DNA from: Collinsella sp.
GTDB lineage: Bacteria > Actinomycetota > Coriobacteriia > Coriobacteriales > Coriobacteriaceae
Assembly (NCBI GenBank): GCA_046883645.1
Contig: JBKTBE010000001.1
Location: 11,184-75,183, forward strand
Reading direction: 5' to 3'
DNA length: 64,000 bases
Notes under the pieces: model-generated
The model's database searches: none
The model's input: only the letters and a program-made list of their open reading frames with translations
Told to the model about the DNA's origin: nothing
Shown: positions 1 through 12,576 of the stretch, in pieces
Position numbering within the stretch: the first letter of the stretch is position 1
How the letters are laid out: every line of letters begins with the position of its first letter
Program-made: the position numbers and the translations under genes

Positions 1-1876
<1,876 letters not shown>

Positions 1877-2270
1877 TGTGTAACCACGCTCCTAGTTACG
1901 TGTAATGCGGCGCTCTCTCACACCGCTGCTTATTGAATTCTTGAATTATCGGCTTGCACTACCGGCTTCTTCCGTTCTTCACCACACGCTGGTGCAGAGA
2001 AAACGTTTGTCCACCTTGGAACTACAACCCAAAACCCAAGATTTCACCCGTCTGAGAAGGATAACATAGCGACCCTCTCCATCTGGGCTGTTATATGTTT
2101 CTTTTTTTATATCATAAGGGCGTTTTTTACAAACCCGCAGGAAATGCGAGCGCGAACAACTACCGTTCACCGATTTGTATGTTATTTTTCCTTGCCTTTG
2201 TACGACGTTCGCTCTAGCTGTTATGCCAGCTTTAGCAGGATAAAGTGTCCCAGAGACCCTACAGAAACTG

Positions 2271-2304
2271 CAGGGCGGCCACGGGATCCCCCGTGGCCGC
2301 CCTG
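2271..2304 (-). terminator. Hairpin downstream of the KdgT-family gene
   Basis: cagggcggccacggg/cccgtggccgccctg inverted repeat. Confidence 0.55.
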
Positions 2305-2342
2305 TGGCGTAGCTAGTTTTTAGCTTTGATTGCCGCTTGGCA

Positions 2343-3362
2343 TTAGGCGGCTGAGGCGGCCTTGCCGGTCGTAGCCTTGCTATCGCCGTTGCCCTGGCCC
2401 TCAAAATGCTTGTAGCACCAGCTGGTGACCAGCGGGGTCAAAATAGCCGTCACGATTGCACAGGCAGCAACCTGTGCCGTAGCCGTCGCGAGCACCGCAC
2501 CGCCGTACATGGCCTCGTTGACGCTTGCCATGGCAGCAGGCGTGGCCACATTGGCTCCGGCGCAGCTCGAAATGGCCGCACCTGCGACACCCGTACCGCC
2601 CGTGAGCTTATCGACCGCGATGACGGGAATTGCAAAGACCACCGAGCAGATCACGCCGAGCAGAATACCGGGAAGACCGCCATTAATGAGCTGGCCAAAG
2701 GTCATGGTCGAGCCCATGGCAAAGAAGACGAGCACGATGATGGCGGAAAGTGCCGGTGCCATCATCTTCTTAAAGCTGGGGAACAGGTTACCCAGAATAA
2801 TGCCGACGACGATCGGCAGAATGGCGCCCACGAGCGACCAGCCGATCGGAGCCTGGCCGGCAGCACCGAGCACGATCATCGTGACCGGAGGGCCGACAAC
2901 CAGCGTGGTGATGGCGACAGCGCCACGCTCGGCCTCATTGCCCATGGTGCCCATCAGACCAGCGTACATAGCGTTGTTGGCGCCGGTGCAAGCCGCCAGC
3001 ATCACCATGGCAGAGATGCCAAACAAGTTGTCGTTGAACACATAAAGGATGAGCAGCGACATGGCAACGACCACGATCTGCTTGACGGCGATGATGATGG
3101 CGCCGCGGGCAGCGGCGGCAGGAGCGCTCTTAAACGAAATCGTCGTACCGACGATGAGCAAAAAAGCGCCCACGAGCGGGCCAGCGCCCTGCTGGGTCAT
3201 GCCAAACGTAAAGCTGCCGAGCGTTTTGAACAGGTCGGGGAATAGCGTGTTGAGCAGACAGCCCAACAGAAGCGGCACCAAGATATTGGCGCCCGGGATG
3301 GAGGACATCTTAAAGAACGGCTCCTTTGCCGCCGGCGCCTCCACCGCAGTCGATTCACTCAT
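2343..3362 (-). CDS. 2-keto-3-deoxygluconate permease family (KdgT) transporter
   Basis: Hydrophobic; IPG..LVPLLLG..NT, VGIILGN and SSCAGANVATPAA..ATAQVA motifs typical of KdgT. Confidence 0.85.
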   Translation of the reverse strand: MSESTAVEAPAAKEPFFKMSSIPGANILVPLLLGCLLNTLFPDLFKTLGSFTFGMTQQGAGPLVGAFLLIVGTTISFKSAPAAAARGAIIIAVKQIVVVAMSLLILYVFNDNLFGISAMVMLAACTGANNAMYAGLMGTMGNEAERGAVAITTLVVGPPVTMIVLGAAGQAPIGWSLVGAILPIVVGIILGNLFPSFKKMMAPALSAIIVLVFFAMGSTMTFGQLINGGLPGILLGVICSVVFAIPVIAVDKLTGGTGVAGAAISSCAGANVATPAAMASVNEAMYGGAVLATATAQVAACAIVTAILTPLVTSWCYKHFEGQGNGDSKATTGKAASAA

Positions 3363-3470
3363 ATATATCTCCTTTGGATGCATGCGAATCGTAGCCGCAT
3401 GCGCCTATATCAGAAAGAAGGCGACGGTCCCGAGTCGCAGGAGCCGTCGCCGAATAATCGTCGCGGAGTA

Positions 3471-4220
3471 TTACCCGTCCAGAACGATGCCACCGTCGCA
3501 GTCACCGATCTCGCCGTTCACGAAGCTGGCGAGGTCGGAAGCGAAGAACAGCACCATCTGCGCAGGCTCGCTGGCCTGGGCGGCGCGGCCCAGAGGAATA
3601 CCGTTGATGATGCGCTGAGAGTTCTCGTCAGAGAGGATCGAGGTCATATCGGTAAGCGTGAGCGACGGGCATACAGCGTTGCAGCGAACGCCAAACTTGC
3701 CGCCTTCCTTGGCGACTGCCTTGGTTAGACCGTTAACACCGGCCTTGGAGCTCGCGTAAGCCGCGGTGCCGAGCAGGCCGCCGCCGATCTTGCCAGCAAC
3801 AGAGCTCACGTTGACGATAGTGCCGGCATGGGCCGCCTTAAAGTGCGGGTACACGGCGTTCATCATGGTAAAGGTGCCGTTGAGGTTGATGTCGATGGTA
3901 CGGCGCCACTCGGTGTCATCGATCTCGTCGAACTTCTTGGTGCTGATGACGCCAGCGCAGTTAATCAGGATGTTGGTCTGCGGCAGATCGGTGAAAATCT
4001 GCTCGACGGTCTCGCGCGCCTTGGGTGCATCGGCGACATCGAGCTGATAGAACTTGTTGCCCTCGCCAAGCTCGGCCACAGCGGCCTCGCCCTTAGCAGC
4101 GTTCCTTGCGATGAGCGCGACGTGTCCGCCGCCCGCAACGATACCCTTGGCAATCTCGAGGCCAATGCCCTGAGTGCCACCGGTAACGATCGCGGTCTTG
4201 CCCGTGAAGTCAAATGCCAT
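3471..4220 (-). CDS. SDR-family (FabG-like) oxidoreductase
   Basis: TGGTQGIG, NCAG, YASSK catalytic motif. Confidence 0.9.
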   Translation of the reverse strand: MAFDFTGKTAIVTGGTQGIGLEIAKGIVAGGGHVALIARNAAKGEAAVAELGEGNKFYQLDVADAPKARETVEQIFTDLPQTNILINCAGVISTKKFDEIDDTEWRRTIDINLNGTFTMMNAVYPHFKAAHAGTIVNVSSVAGKIGGGLLGTAAYASSKAGVNGLTKAVAKEGGKFGVRCNAVCPSLTLTDMTSILSDENSQRIINGIPLGRAAQASEPAQMVLFFASDLASFVNGEIGDCDGGIVLDG

Positions 4221-4472
4221 GACTCCATCCCCCTTTATGTAAGGTGTCTCCTTGCGGGAAGTTGGAGCATCGCACGTGGCGATTATATGAGTCCCAGTCG
4301 TCATGGTGGTGACAACCCCTCGCCTAACCGCGTGCATGATAGTTCTTTAAAACGCTTCAGCAATTGAATGATTTTAAGTCTTTATGCGCTCTTTATATTG
4401 CCCACTGTATGAGGCCCGCGTATGGGAGTATCATCTTTCACCGAAAATAGTTTCTAGTGTTAGGGGTTTTCG

Positions 4473-4922
4473 GTGGAAGATACCGATTTCCATGAGCTTG
4501 GGAGTCAGCTCCTTACCGAGTTTGGCGGCATTCACCAGCGCGTTTCGCGCTTTGTGGACAAAGCTCTCAGCGGCGAGATGGCTGTCATGCGCGCCCTTAT
4601 GCTCGCTGGCGGTTCGCTCACGCCGAGCGAACTCGCCGATCGCGCCTGGGTCTCGAACGCCCGCATCGCCAATATCCTACGCGCTCTCGAAGCCAAGGGT
4701 TGGGTTGAGCGTGAGCACTCAAAGACCGACCGTCGTCGCGTACACGTCATAGTGACCGACAAGGGATTCCAGGATCTCGAAATCAAACGCCGGGAATTCG
4801 AGGACCGCACCGCGGCTTTCCTCGAGCAGCTCGGCGAAACAGATACCCAAGAGATGGTGCGCCTTCTTAGACGTGCCAACGAAATTATCGACCGCAATCA
4901 AGAAAGGAGAGATGCCGAGTGA
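4473..4922 (+). CDS. MarR-family transcriptional regulator
   Basis: wHTH with LEAKGWVER..DRRRV; overlaps the start of the ABC gene. Confidence 0.9.
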   Translation: MEDTDFHELGSQLLTEFGGIHQRVSRFVDKALSGEMAVMRALMLAGGSLTPSELADRAWVSNARIANILRALEAKGWVEREHSKTDRRRVHVIVTDKGFQDLEIKRREFEDRTAAFLEQLGETDTQEMVRLLRRANEIIDRNQERRDAE

Positions 4923-7285
4923 GGATTCTCAAGCTCTTTAAAAAGCATATCCTGGCACTGTTCACAGCTATCGTACTCATCGTAATCAGCTGCAACGCCG
5001 ATCTGGCGCTGCCTACCTATATGAGCGATATCGTCGACGTGGGCGTGCAGCAAGGCGGTATCGCCTCGCCCGTACCCGACACCATCCGCGCCGAATCGCT
5101 CGACGACCTCGAACTCTTTATGAGCGCCAAGGACGCCAAGGCTGTGGAGGCCGTGTTTAGCAAGGCTGACAAAAACGGCATTCGAACGTACAAGGGCACC
5201 GAGGAGGAGCGCGCCGACGGCGGCAAGATTGCCGACATCATGAGCCTGCCTGAGACCGTCGTCCTTTCGTTCAACCAGGGCATCGATGCCGACTCCATGG
5301 GCGACATGATGGGCACGTCCGGTGAGAAAGACAACAGCGGCGCTCAGGCCATGCCCACCCCCGAGCAGATGGCGGCAATGACGCCCGAGCAGCTCGCCGA
5401 GATGCAGCAGAAGGCCGCAGCGGCGCAGAGCATGCAAAAGCAGATCGACGCCGACGGCGGCAAGATCACCATGAAGAGCCTGCGCCTAGGCGTTGAAGGC
5501 GGTCTTATCGATCAGGGCAAGCTCGTCGAGGGCGCCAACGATATGGCGGACAAAATGGGTTCCATGTCGGGCTCCATCGTGACCCAACGCGCCGTGAGCT
5601 ATGTACAGGACGAGTACAAGGCACAGGGCATCGACCCCGCCGATGTGCAGAACGCCTACCTGAGCCGCATGGCGACCACTATGTTTGGGCTGTGCCTGGT
5701 GTCGCTCGTCGCCACCATCCTGACCGGTGCCGTGGCTTCGCGCACCGCCTGCTCCATCGCCCGCGACCTGCGTCGCGAGACCTTCAACAAGGTTATGCAC
5801 TTCTCGCCGGCCGAAGTGGGCAAGTTTAGCCAGGCCTCGCTCATTACCCGCTGCACCAACGACATTCAGCAGATCCAGATGGCCGCAACCCTGTTTATCC
5901 GCATGTGCCTGATGGCCCCCGTCATGGGCATCGTCGCCGTCATGCGCGTCCTGGCCAACCACACCGGCCTGGAGTGGACCATCGCCGTGGCCATCATCGC
6001 CGTCTCGGCCGTCGTCGGCGTGCTTATGGGCCTCACCATGCCCAAGTTCAAAAAGATGCAGAGCTTTGTGGACCGCGTGAACCTTACCGCCCGCGAGCTG
6101 CTCGACGGCCTTATGCCCATCCGCTCATTCAACCGCGAGGAGCATGAGCTCGAGCGTTTTGACAAGGCTTCGCTCGACCTGATGACCACGCAGCTCTACA
6201 CCAACCGCGCTATGAGCTTTATGATGCCACTCATGATGCTCGTCATGAACTGCATCACCGTGCTCATCGTGTGGTTTGGCGCGCAGGGCGTGTCCGACGG
6301 CGTGATGCAGGTCGGCAACATGATGGCGTTTATCTCCTACACCATGCAGATCGTCATGGCGTTTATGATCCTCACCATGGTTTCGGTCATCCTGCCCCGT
6401 GCCGAGGTCGCAGCCGAGCGCGTGGAAGAGGTCATCACCTGCCCCACGAGCATCAACGACCCTGCCTCGCCCAAACTGCCCGCAGCCAGCGCGCCGCGCG
6501 GTGAGCTCACCTTCCGCGACGTGAGCTTCCAGTACCCCGATGCCCGCGCCGATGTCATCAGCGGCGTGAACTTCACCACACATGCCGGTCAGATGCTCGG
6601 CATCATCGGCTCCACGGGCTCGGGCAAGTCCACGCTCGTGCAGCTGATTCCGCGCCTGTACGACGTCACAGGCGGCAGCATTTCGCTTGACGGCGTCGAC
6701 GTGCGTGACATGACTCTCTCCGAGCTGCGTCGCCGCATTGGTTACATCCCGCAGCAGGGGCGCCTGTTCTCGGGCACTGTCGAGAGCAACCTCAAGTTTG
6801 CCGGCGACATGGTGAGCGATGATGACATGCACCAAGCAGCGCGCATCGCACAAGCCGAGGACTTTATCGCCGAGCGCGTGGGCGGCTACGACTCCCCCAT
6901 CAGCCAGGGAGGCTCCAATGTCTCGGGCGGTCAGCGCCAGCGCTTGGCCATCGCCCGCGCATTGGCCAAAAAGCCCGAGGTCGTGGTGTTCGATGACTCG
7001 TTTAGCGCCCTCGACTACAAGACCGACGCGCGCCTGCGCGAGGAGCTGGCCAAAAACGTTACCGACGCCGCACTCGTGGTCGTGGCCCAGCGCATCGCGA
7101 CCATCATGCACGCCGACCAGATCATCGTGCTCGATGACGGCCACGTAGTGGGCACCGGCACGCACGAGGAGCTGCTACGCAGCTGCCCGGCGTACCTGGA
7201 GATCGCACAGTCGCAGCTTTCCGCCGAGGAGCTGGGGCTTACCCAAAAAGAAATTGCAGCCGTCATGGAAGGAGGCGAGCGCTAA
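4919..7285 (+). CDS. Multidrug-type ABC exporter subunit (TMD+NBD) with a large insertion after TM1
   Basis: GSTGSGKS, VSGGQRQR, degenerate FDDSFSALD and AQR (non-canonical site). Confidence 0.92.
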   Translation: MRILKLFKKHILALFTAIVLIVISCNADLALPTYMSDIVDVGVQQGGIASPVPDTIRAESLDDLELFMSAKDAKAVEAVFSKADKNGIRTYKGTEEERADGGKIADIMSLPETVVLSFNQGIDADSMGDMMGTSGEKDNSGAQAMPTPEQMAAMTPEQLAEMQQKAAAAQSMQKQIDADGGKITMKSLRLGVEGGLIDQGKLVEGANDMADKMGSMSGSIVTQRAVSYVQDEYKAQGIDPADVQNAYLSRMATTMFGLCLVSLVATILTGAVASRTACSIARDLRRETFNKVMHFSPAEVGKFSQASLITRCTNDIQQIQMAATLFIRMCLMAPVMGIVAVMRVLANHTGLEWTIAVAIIAVSAVVGVLMGLTMPKFKKMQSFVDRVNLTARELLDGLMPIRSFNREEHELERFDKASLDLMTTQLYTNRAMSFMMPLMMLVMNCITVLIVWFGAQGVSDGVMQVGNMMAFISYTMQIVMAFMILTMVSVILPRAEVAAERVEEVITCPTSINDPASPKLPAASAPRGELTFRDVSFQYPDARADVISGVNFTTHAGQMLGIIGSTGSGKSTLVQLIPRLYDVTGGSISLDGVDVRDMTLSELRRRIGYIPQQGRLFSGTVESNLKFAGDMVSDDDMHQAARIAQAEDFIAERVGGYDSPISQGGSNVSGGQRQRLAIARALAKKPEVVVFDDSFSALDYKTDARLREELAKNVTDAALVVVAQRIATIMHADQIIVLDDGHVVGTGTHEELLRSCPAYLEIAQSQLSAEELGLTQKEIAAVMEGGER

Positions 7286-9141
7286 TGGCAGACGAGACCA
7301 AGACTCAGATTCCCAAGCCCACCCGCCAGCGTGGTCCCATGGGCCGCATGGGCGGCATGCGTCGTGGCGAAAAGGCCAAGGACTTTAAGGGCACCATGAG
7401 GCAGCTGCTCGGCTATATCGGCCAGCACAAGATTGCCGTGTTTGCCGCCGTCGCCTTTGCCGTGTGCTCGGTCATCTTTAACATTGTGGGGCCCAAGGTG
7501 CTCGGTCAGGTTACCACCAAACTGTTCGAGGGCTTAGTTGCCAAGGTCAACGGCACCGGCGATGTCGACTTTGCCTGGATTGCCAAGACGCTCGGCTTTT
7601 TGCTCTGCCTGTATCTGGCGAGCTCTGTCTGCAGCCTCATCCAGGGCTGGCTCATGACCGGCGTCACGCAAAAGATCTGCTATCGCATGCGCAAGGAAAT
7701 CGCCGCCAAGATCGCCGTCGTTCCGATGAGCTACTTTAACGGACACAGCAAGGGCGACGTGCTCAGTCGCATCACCAACGACGTCGATACGCTCGGCCAG
7801 TCGCTCAACCAGAGCGTGACGCAGCTCATCACGTCGGTGACGCAGATTATCGGCGTGCTCGTCATGATGCTGTCGATCAGCCTGCCGCTCACCGGCGTCA
7901 CCGTGCTCACGCTGCCGGCCGCCGCGATTATCTTGACCGTGATGATTCACTTCTCGCAGCCGTACTTCCGCGAGCAACAGCAGGTTCTGGGCGCCGTCAA
8001 CGGCATTATCGAGGAGGACTTTGCCGGCCAGAACGTCATTCAGGTGTTCGACCGCGCCGAGGCCTCGATCGAGGAGTTCGACCGCCAAAACGACCGTCTC
8101 TTTATTAGTGGCTGGCGCTCGCAGTTCCTGTCGGGCCTGATGATGCCGCTTATGAGCTTGGTGGGCAACATGGGCTACGTGGGCGTCGTCGTGGTGGGTG
8201 CACAGCTCGCGCTGACCGGCAATGCCACGCCCGGCGACATTCAGAGCTTTATCCAGTACGTTCGCAACTTTACGCAACCCGTGCAGCAGCTGGGCAACGT
8301 GAGCAACACGATGCAGTCGATGGCAGCTGCCACCGAGCGTGTGTTTGAGTTCCTGGCCGCGCCCGAGGAGGAGCAGAAGGCCGACGCGCAGATTCCCGAA
8401 AAGCGCCCCGGCCACGTGGAGTTTGACCATGTCAAGTTTGGCTACACGCCCGACAAGACCATCATCCACGACTTTAGCTGCGAGGCGCAGCCCGGCCAGA
8501 CCATCGCCATCGTCGGCCCCACCGGCGCCGGCAAGACCACGCTCATTAAGCTGCTGCAGCGCTTCTACGATGTGGACGGCGGTTCGCTACGCGTCGAGGG
8601 TGTCGACGTGCGAGATTGGGATCGCGCGGCGCTGCGCGGCGAGTTTGCCATGGTGCTGCAGGATACGTGGCTGTTTAACGGCACCATCCGCGAGAACATC
8701 CGCTACGGACGCCCCGATGCGACCGATGCCGAGGTCGAGGCCGCCGCACGCGCCGCACGCTGCGACCACTTTATCCATACGCTCGCCGGCGGCTACGACT
8801 TTATGATCAACGAGGAGGGCACTAACCTGTCGCAGGGTCAGCGCCAGCTCGTGACCATCGCCCGTGCCATTTTGGCCGACCGCCCGGCACTGATTCTGGA
8901 CGAGGCGACTTCCAACGTCGATACCCGTACCGAGGAGCTCATTCAGCGCGCCATGGATGCGCTGATGCAGGGCCGCACCAGCTTTGTCATCGCGCACCGC
9001 CTGTCCACGATCCGCAACGCCGACGTGATCTTGGTGATTCGCGACGGCGACATCGTCGAGAAGGGCACGCACGACGAGCTGCTCGCCCAGGGCGGCTTCT
9101 ACGCCGACCTGTACAACTCGCAGTTCGACGAAGCGGCGTAA
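7285..9141 (+). CDS. Multidrug-type ABC exporter partner subunit (TMD+NBD)
   Basis: GPTGAGKT, LSQGQRQ, LDEATS, AHRLST; coupled to the upstream gene via TAATG. Confidence 0.93.
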   Translation: MADETKTQIPKPTRQRGPMGRMGGMRRGEKAKDFKGTMRQLLGYIGQHKIAVFAAVAFAVCSVIFNIVGPKVLGQVTTKLFEGLVAKVNGTGDVDFAWIAKTLGFLLCLYLASSVCSLIQGWLMTGVTQKICYRMRKEIAAKIAVVPMSYFNGHSKGDVLSRITNDVDTLGQSLNQSVTQLITSVTQIIGVLVMMLSISLPLTGVTVLTLPAAAIILTVMIHFSQPYFREQQQVLGAVNGIIEEDFAGQNVIQVFDRAEASIEEFDRQNDRLFISGWRSQFLSGLMMPLMSLVGNMGYVGVVVVGAQLALTGNATPGDIQSFIQYVRNFTQPVQQLGNVSNTMQSMAAATERVFEFLAAPEEEQKADAQIPEKRPGHVEFDHVKFGYTPDKTIIHDFSCEAQPGQTIAIVGPTGAGKTTLIKLLQRFYDVDGGSLRVEGVDVRDWDRAALRGEFAMVLQDTWLFNGTIRENIRYGRPDATDAEVEAAARAARCDHFIHTLAGGYDFMINEEGTNLSQGQRQLVTIARAILADRPALILDEATSNVDTRTEELIQRAMDALMQGRTSFVIAHRLSTIRNADVILVIRDGDIVEKGTHDELLAQGGFYADLYNSQFDEAA

Positions 9142-9171
9142 AAACCGGCGGCAAACAACCGCAATGCCAAG

Positions 9172-9207
9172 AAAACGGGGGCGCAGGACAACCTGCGCCC
9201 CCGTTTT
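9172..9207 (+). terminator. Intrinsic terminator
   Basis: aaaacgggggcgcagg-acaa-cctgcgcccccgtttt. Confidence 0.7.
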
Positions 9208-9722
9208 GTGTCCTTCGAGCCTCGAAACGCCTTCCCTGAGACCTCACTGACGGCGCTTTCCAGACCCCGTGGGCAAAAAAGAGCAAATATGAGTACTGTT
9301 ACCTTTTTAGTAACAGCCAAAACCGCCTCAAATGCCGCTCCCACGGCTTACACGCGTCCCTAAATTGATCAAACAGCACCATAGCGGACTTATATGTGTT
9401 TGCGTTAATGAACATATTTTGCTGTTATGTCTATTATTTTGCGAAGGCAATATGATACTAAGATAGCAACCGTACTCATATTTGGCATTTTTTGCCCACA
9501 GGGTATTTCCTAGGGAACCGACAACAGCCTTAGGGTCCCGCGCGGCGCCGCTCCCTCCCGGCATCCGCCGACGTTTACCCAGATAAAACCTGCCAAAATT
9601 AACCTGTCCCTTTTTGGTAGGTTTCGGGGTGACAAGGGCTTGCACTTTAGCGTGCGACAGCGGATAATGCCGAGCATTCGACAATACGCTTATTGCTCTT
9701 TCTATAGATTGAGGAGACCCCT

Positions 9723-10754
9723 ATGGCCATGGAATTCAAACGCAGGCTGCCGATCCCCATGGAGATCCGCGAGGAAATGCCACTTTCTGCCGAGCTTACC
9801 GCCAAAAAGCAGGCATTTGACGCCGAGGTCGCCAAAGTCTTTACCGGCGAGGACGCACGCAAGGTGCTCATCATCGGCCCGTGCTCTGCCGACCGCGAGG
9901 ATTCGGTGCTTGAGTACATGAACCGACTGGCCAAGACCGCCGAGGAGGTCAAGGACAAGCTCATCATCATTCCGCGCGTCTACACCAACAAGCCGCGCAC
10001 CAAGGGCACCGGCTACAAGGGCCTGCTGCACAACCCCAACCCCGAGGCTCCCGACGATCTGCTCGAGGGCGTCAAGGCCATCCGCCATATGCACCTGCGC
10101 GTTATTGAGGAAACGGGCTTCTTCACCGCCGACGAGATGCTCTATCCGTCCAACTACCAATACCTCGTCGACCTGCTGAGCTATGTTGCCGTGGGCGCAC
10201 GCTCGGTCGAAAACCAGGAGCATCGCCTGGTGTCGAGCGGCATTTCGGTACCCGTTGGCATGAAGAATCCCACTGCCGGCTCTACCACCGTTATGCTCAA
10301 CTCCATTTACGCCGCGCAGGCGCACCAGAGCTTCATCTTCCGCAACTGGGAGGTCGAGTGCGACGGCAATCCGCTCGCGCACGCCGTTATGCGTGGCTAC
10401 ATCGGTCTCGATGGGCGCACCTACCCCAACTACCACTACGAGCACCTGGAGCGCCTGGCCGAGCGCTATACCGAGCATGCCGGCTATGCCAATCCGGCAG
10501 CGATCATCGACTGCAACCATGACAACTCGGGCAAGCGTCCGCTGGAGCAGTATCGCATTTGCAAGGAAGTGCTCGACAGCTGCCGCCGCAACGAGTCCAT
10601 CTCCAAGCTGGTCAAGGGCTTTATGATCGAGTCTTACCTGGAGGACGGCAACCAGCCGGTCGACGGCGGCGTCTTTGGCAAGTCGATCACCGATCCGTGC
10701 CTGGGCTGGGAAAAGACCGACTACCTCATCCACGAGATCGCGGAACGTATTTAG
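9723..10754 (+). CDS. DAHP synthase, class I (AroF/G/H family)
   Basis: IIGPCSA, KPRT, AVGARS, PVGMKN, DCNHDNS, MIES, SITDPCLGW. Confidence 0.93.
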   Translation: MAMEFKRRLPIPMEIREEMPLSAELTAKKQAFDAEVAKVFTGEDARKVLIIGPCSADREDSVLEYMNRLAKTAEEVKDKLIIIPRVYTNKPRTKGTGYKGLLHNPNPEAPDDLLEGVKAIRHMHLRVIEETGFFTADEMLYPSNYQYLVDLLSYVAVGARSVENQEHRLVSSGISVPVGMKNPTAGSTTVMLNSIYAAQAHQSFIFRNWEVECDGNPLAHAVMRGYIGLDGRTYPNYHYEHLERLAERYTEHAGYANPAAIIDCNHDNSGKRPLEQYRICKEVLDSCRRNESISKLVKGFMIESYLEDGNQPVDGGVFGKSITDPCLGWEKTDYLIHEIAERI

Positions 10755-10901
10755 TTACGCGGTTTTACCAAACCGCGTAACGGCTCGACGCTGCAAACCC
10801 GCCAGAACGGCAATCTGCCTTTCAGCTTCGACGGCATGACCAGAAGGTCAATGCCGCCTCGCTTCAAGGCACCTTGCTCGCTCTGGCGGGTTTTCGCTGA
10901 C
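10754..10901 (+). repeat. Structured intergenic repeat family S, copy 1
   Basis: GTTACGCGGTT-n-AACCGCGTAAC hairpin followed by a long branched hairpin; related copies at 14219 and 30303. Confidence 0.8.
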
Positions 10902-10985
10902 GTTTTTCGACCTGCATCGTTGCCAGGGTTGGCACCAATGACTAATGCGGTAACAAGCTACGTCGGTCCGCTTGACCGGCTGGGT

Positions 10986-11078
10986 TTCTGAGGTGCGGCA
11001 GATTCCCGTGAAATAGGAGCGCCGCGTACTTTGGGTACGCAAGCGACAAATGAACGGGAAGGTGCCGCACCTCGGGAA
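10986..11078. repeat. Palindromic element with GCGTAC-n-GTACGC apex
   Basis: gaggtgcggca..tgccgcacctc stem; apex gcgtactttgggtacgc is identical to the reverse complement of the apex in the 14219 copy. Confidence 0.7.
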
Positions 11079-11087
11079 GACAGACAG

Positions 11088-12293
11088 TTACGCCGAGGGT
11101 TCCTGCTGCGTAATGCAGTGGATATTTCCGCCACCGAAGACGACCTGCTCGGACTGAACGCCGACGCACTTGTAGACGCCCTCGCCCCAGACCTCGTCGT
11201 AGATCTTCTGGAGCGTGTCAACGGCAAGTTGATCGTTCTCGTCGCCGTACTGCGGGACGATAACGCCGTGGTTGGTGACCAGGTAGTTCATGTAGGAGGC
11301 GATCAGCGGCTCGTCGGCAACGCGCGGCTCGGCGTTCTCGTCGGCGTCGATGGTGTCGCAGGAAGCCTGGTCCATGAACAGCGGGTTCACAGGCATGCAG
11401 AGCTTGTAGACCTTCATCTTGCGGCCCTTGGCGTCAACGGCGTTGGAGAGGGTCTCGTAGACGGCGTGGCATTGCTCGTAGAACGGATACTCGGGATCGT
11501 CGGTCCAGATGCAGGCCATGACGCCCGGAGCGATGAACGTAGCGACATCATCGATGTGGCCGTTGGTCTCCTCGGGGTCGATGCCCTCCTTAACCCAGAT
11601 GACCTTCTCGACACCCAGGTACTCCTTGAGGTGCTCGTCCATATAGGCGCGAAGTTCCTCGCTCCAGGGCTCAAACTTCCTCTTGAACTTGGGCCAGATG
11701 GACTCGGGATCCTCTTCCTCCTCCAGAACCGCAGAGCAGGTGCGGCCTGGGGAAAGCAGGCACTGGTCGGTCACGACCACAGTGCCTTCGCCGTCGACGG
11801 TAATGGAACCGCCCTCGAGGATCATGTCATCGGGACGATAACGACGGCAGCCGGAAAGCTCAGCTATCTTAAGGGCGATCTGCTCGTCCTTGTCCCACGG
11901 GAAATAGAGGCCGTCGACGAGGCCGCCGTAGGCGTTGAAGTGCCAGTGGTTGGCGCGCTTATCGCCCTTGCCATTGATAACAAAAGTGGCAGCGGTGTCG
12001 CGGAACCAAGCGTCGTCGGTGGTCATCTCGATAACGGTGACGTTCTCGTCTTCCTCAAAGGCGGCCTTGCAGTTGGCGTAGTCGGCCTGGTTGGCGCACA
12101 TGGTGACCGGGGTGAACTCGGCGATGGCGCGAGCGATGGCGGCATACTGCTTCTGAGCCGGCTTGGCACCATGGGCCCAGGTATCGGTGCGATGGGGCCA
12201 GCCCATCCACACGCGATCCTGTGGGGCGAACTCAGCAGGCATAAAGAAGCCATCGGCCTTAGGGGTAGACTCGGACTCGGTGATCGTACGCAT
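11088..12293 (-). CDS. aguA: Agmatine deiminase
   Basis: MPAEF, DDAWFRD, LEGGSI, ETNGHIDD, ASYMNY, GGGNIHCITQQEP. Confidence 0.95.
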   Translation of the reverse strand: MRTITESESTPKADGFFMPAEFAPQDRVWMGWPHRTDTWAHGAKPAQKQYAAIARAIAEFTPVTMCANQADYANCKAAFEEDENVTVIEMTTDDAWFRDTAATFVINGKGDKRANHWHFNAYGGLVDGLYFPWDKDEQIALKIAELSGCRRYRPDDMILEGGSITVDGEGTVVVTDQCLLSPGRTCSAVLEEEEDPESIWPKFKRKFEPWSEELRAYMDEHLKEYLGVEKVIWVKEGIDPEETNGHIDDVATFIAPGVMACIWTDDPEYPFYEQCHAVYETLSNAVDAKGRKMKVYKLCMPVNPLFMDQASCDTIDADENAEPRVADEPLIASYMNYLVTNHGVIVPQYGDENDQLAVDTLQKIYDEVWGEGVYKCVGVQSEQVVFGGGNIHCITQQEPSA

Positions 12294-12576
12294 AAGATTT
12301 CCTCCAAATCGAACGATCGCTTGCTACGGGCGGGTTACCCGCAGCCTAAAACCAAGAGATGGTAGGCGCCCGTTCCCCGGCAAAGGTCGGGGCGCCTGGC
12401 ACCGGTTTTCACGGATGTCGCACCGGCAAGCGACGACGTAACCCGGTGCGCGGAGACAAAACGCACGAAGGATACGGAAGAGAGATTGGGGCGGGCGGTG
12501 GTTACCGGAGCAATAGCTCACACCCACCTCAGAGAAAGGTTAGCAAACCTGTTGCTTGGGCACGCCTCCGAAGAGG

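Noticed and set aside
1877..2270. ZTP (pfl) riboswitch upstream of pflB
   Set aside because: I could not find the conserved GACUGGCG / CGCCUGGG elements on the minus strand.
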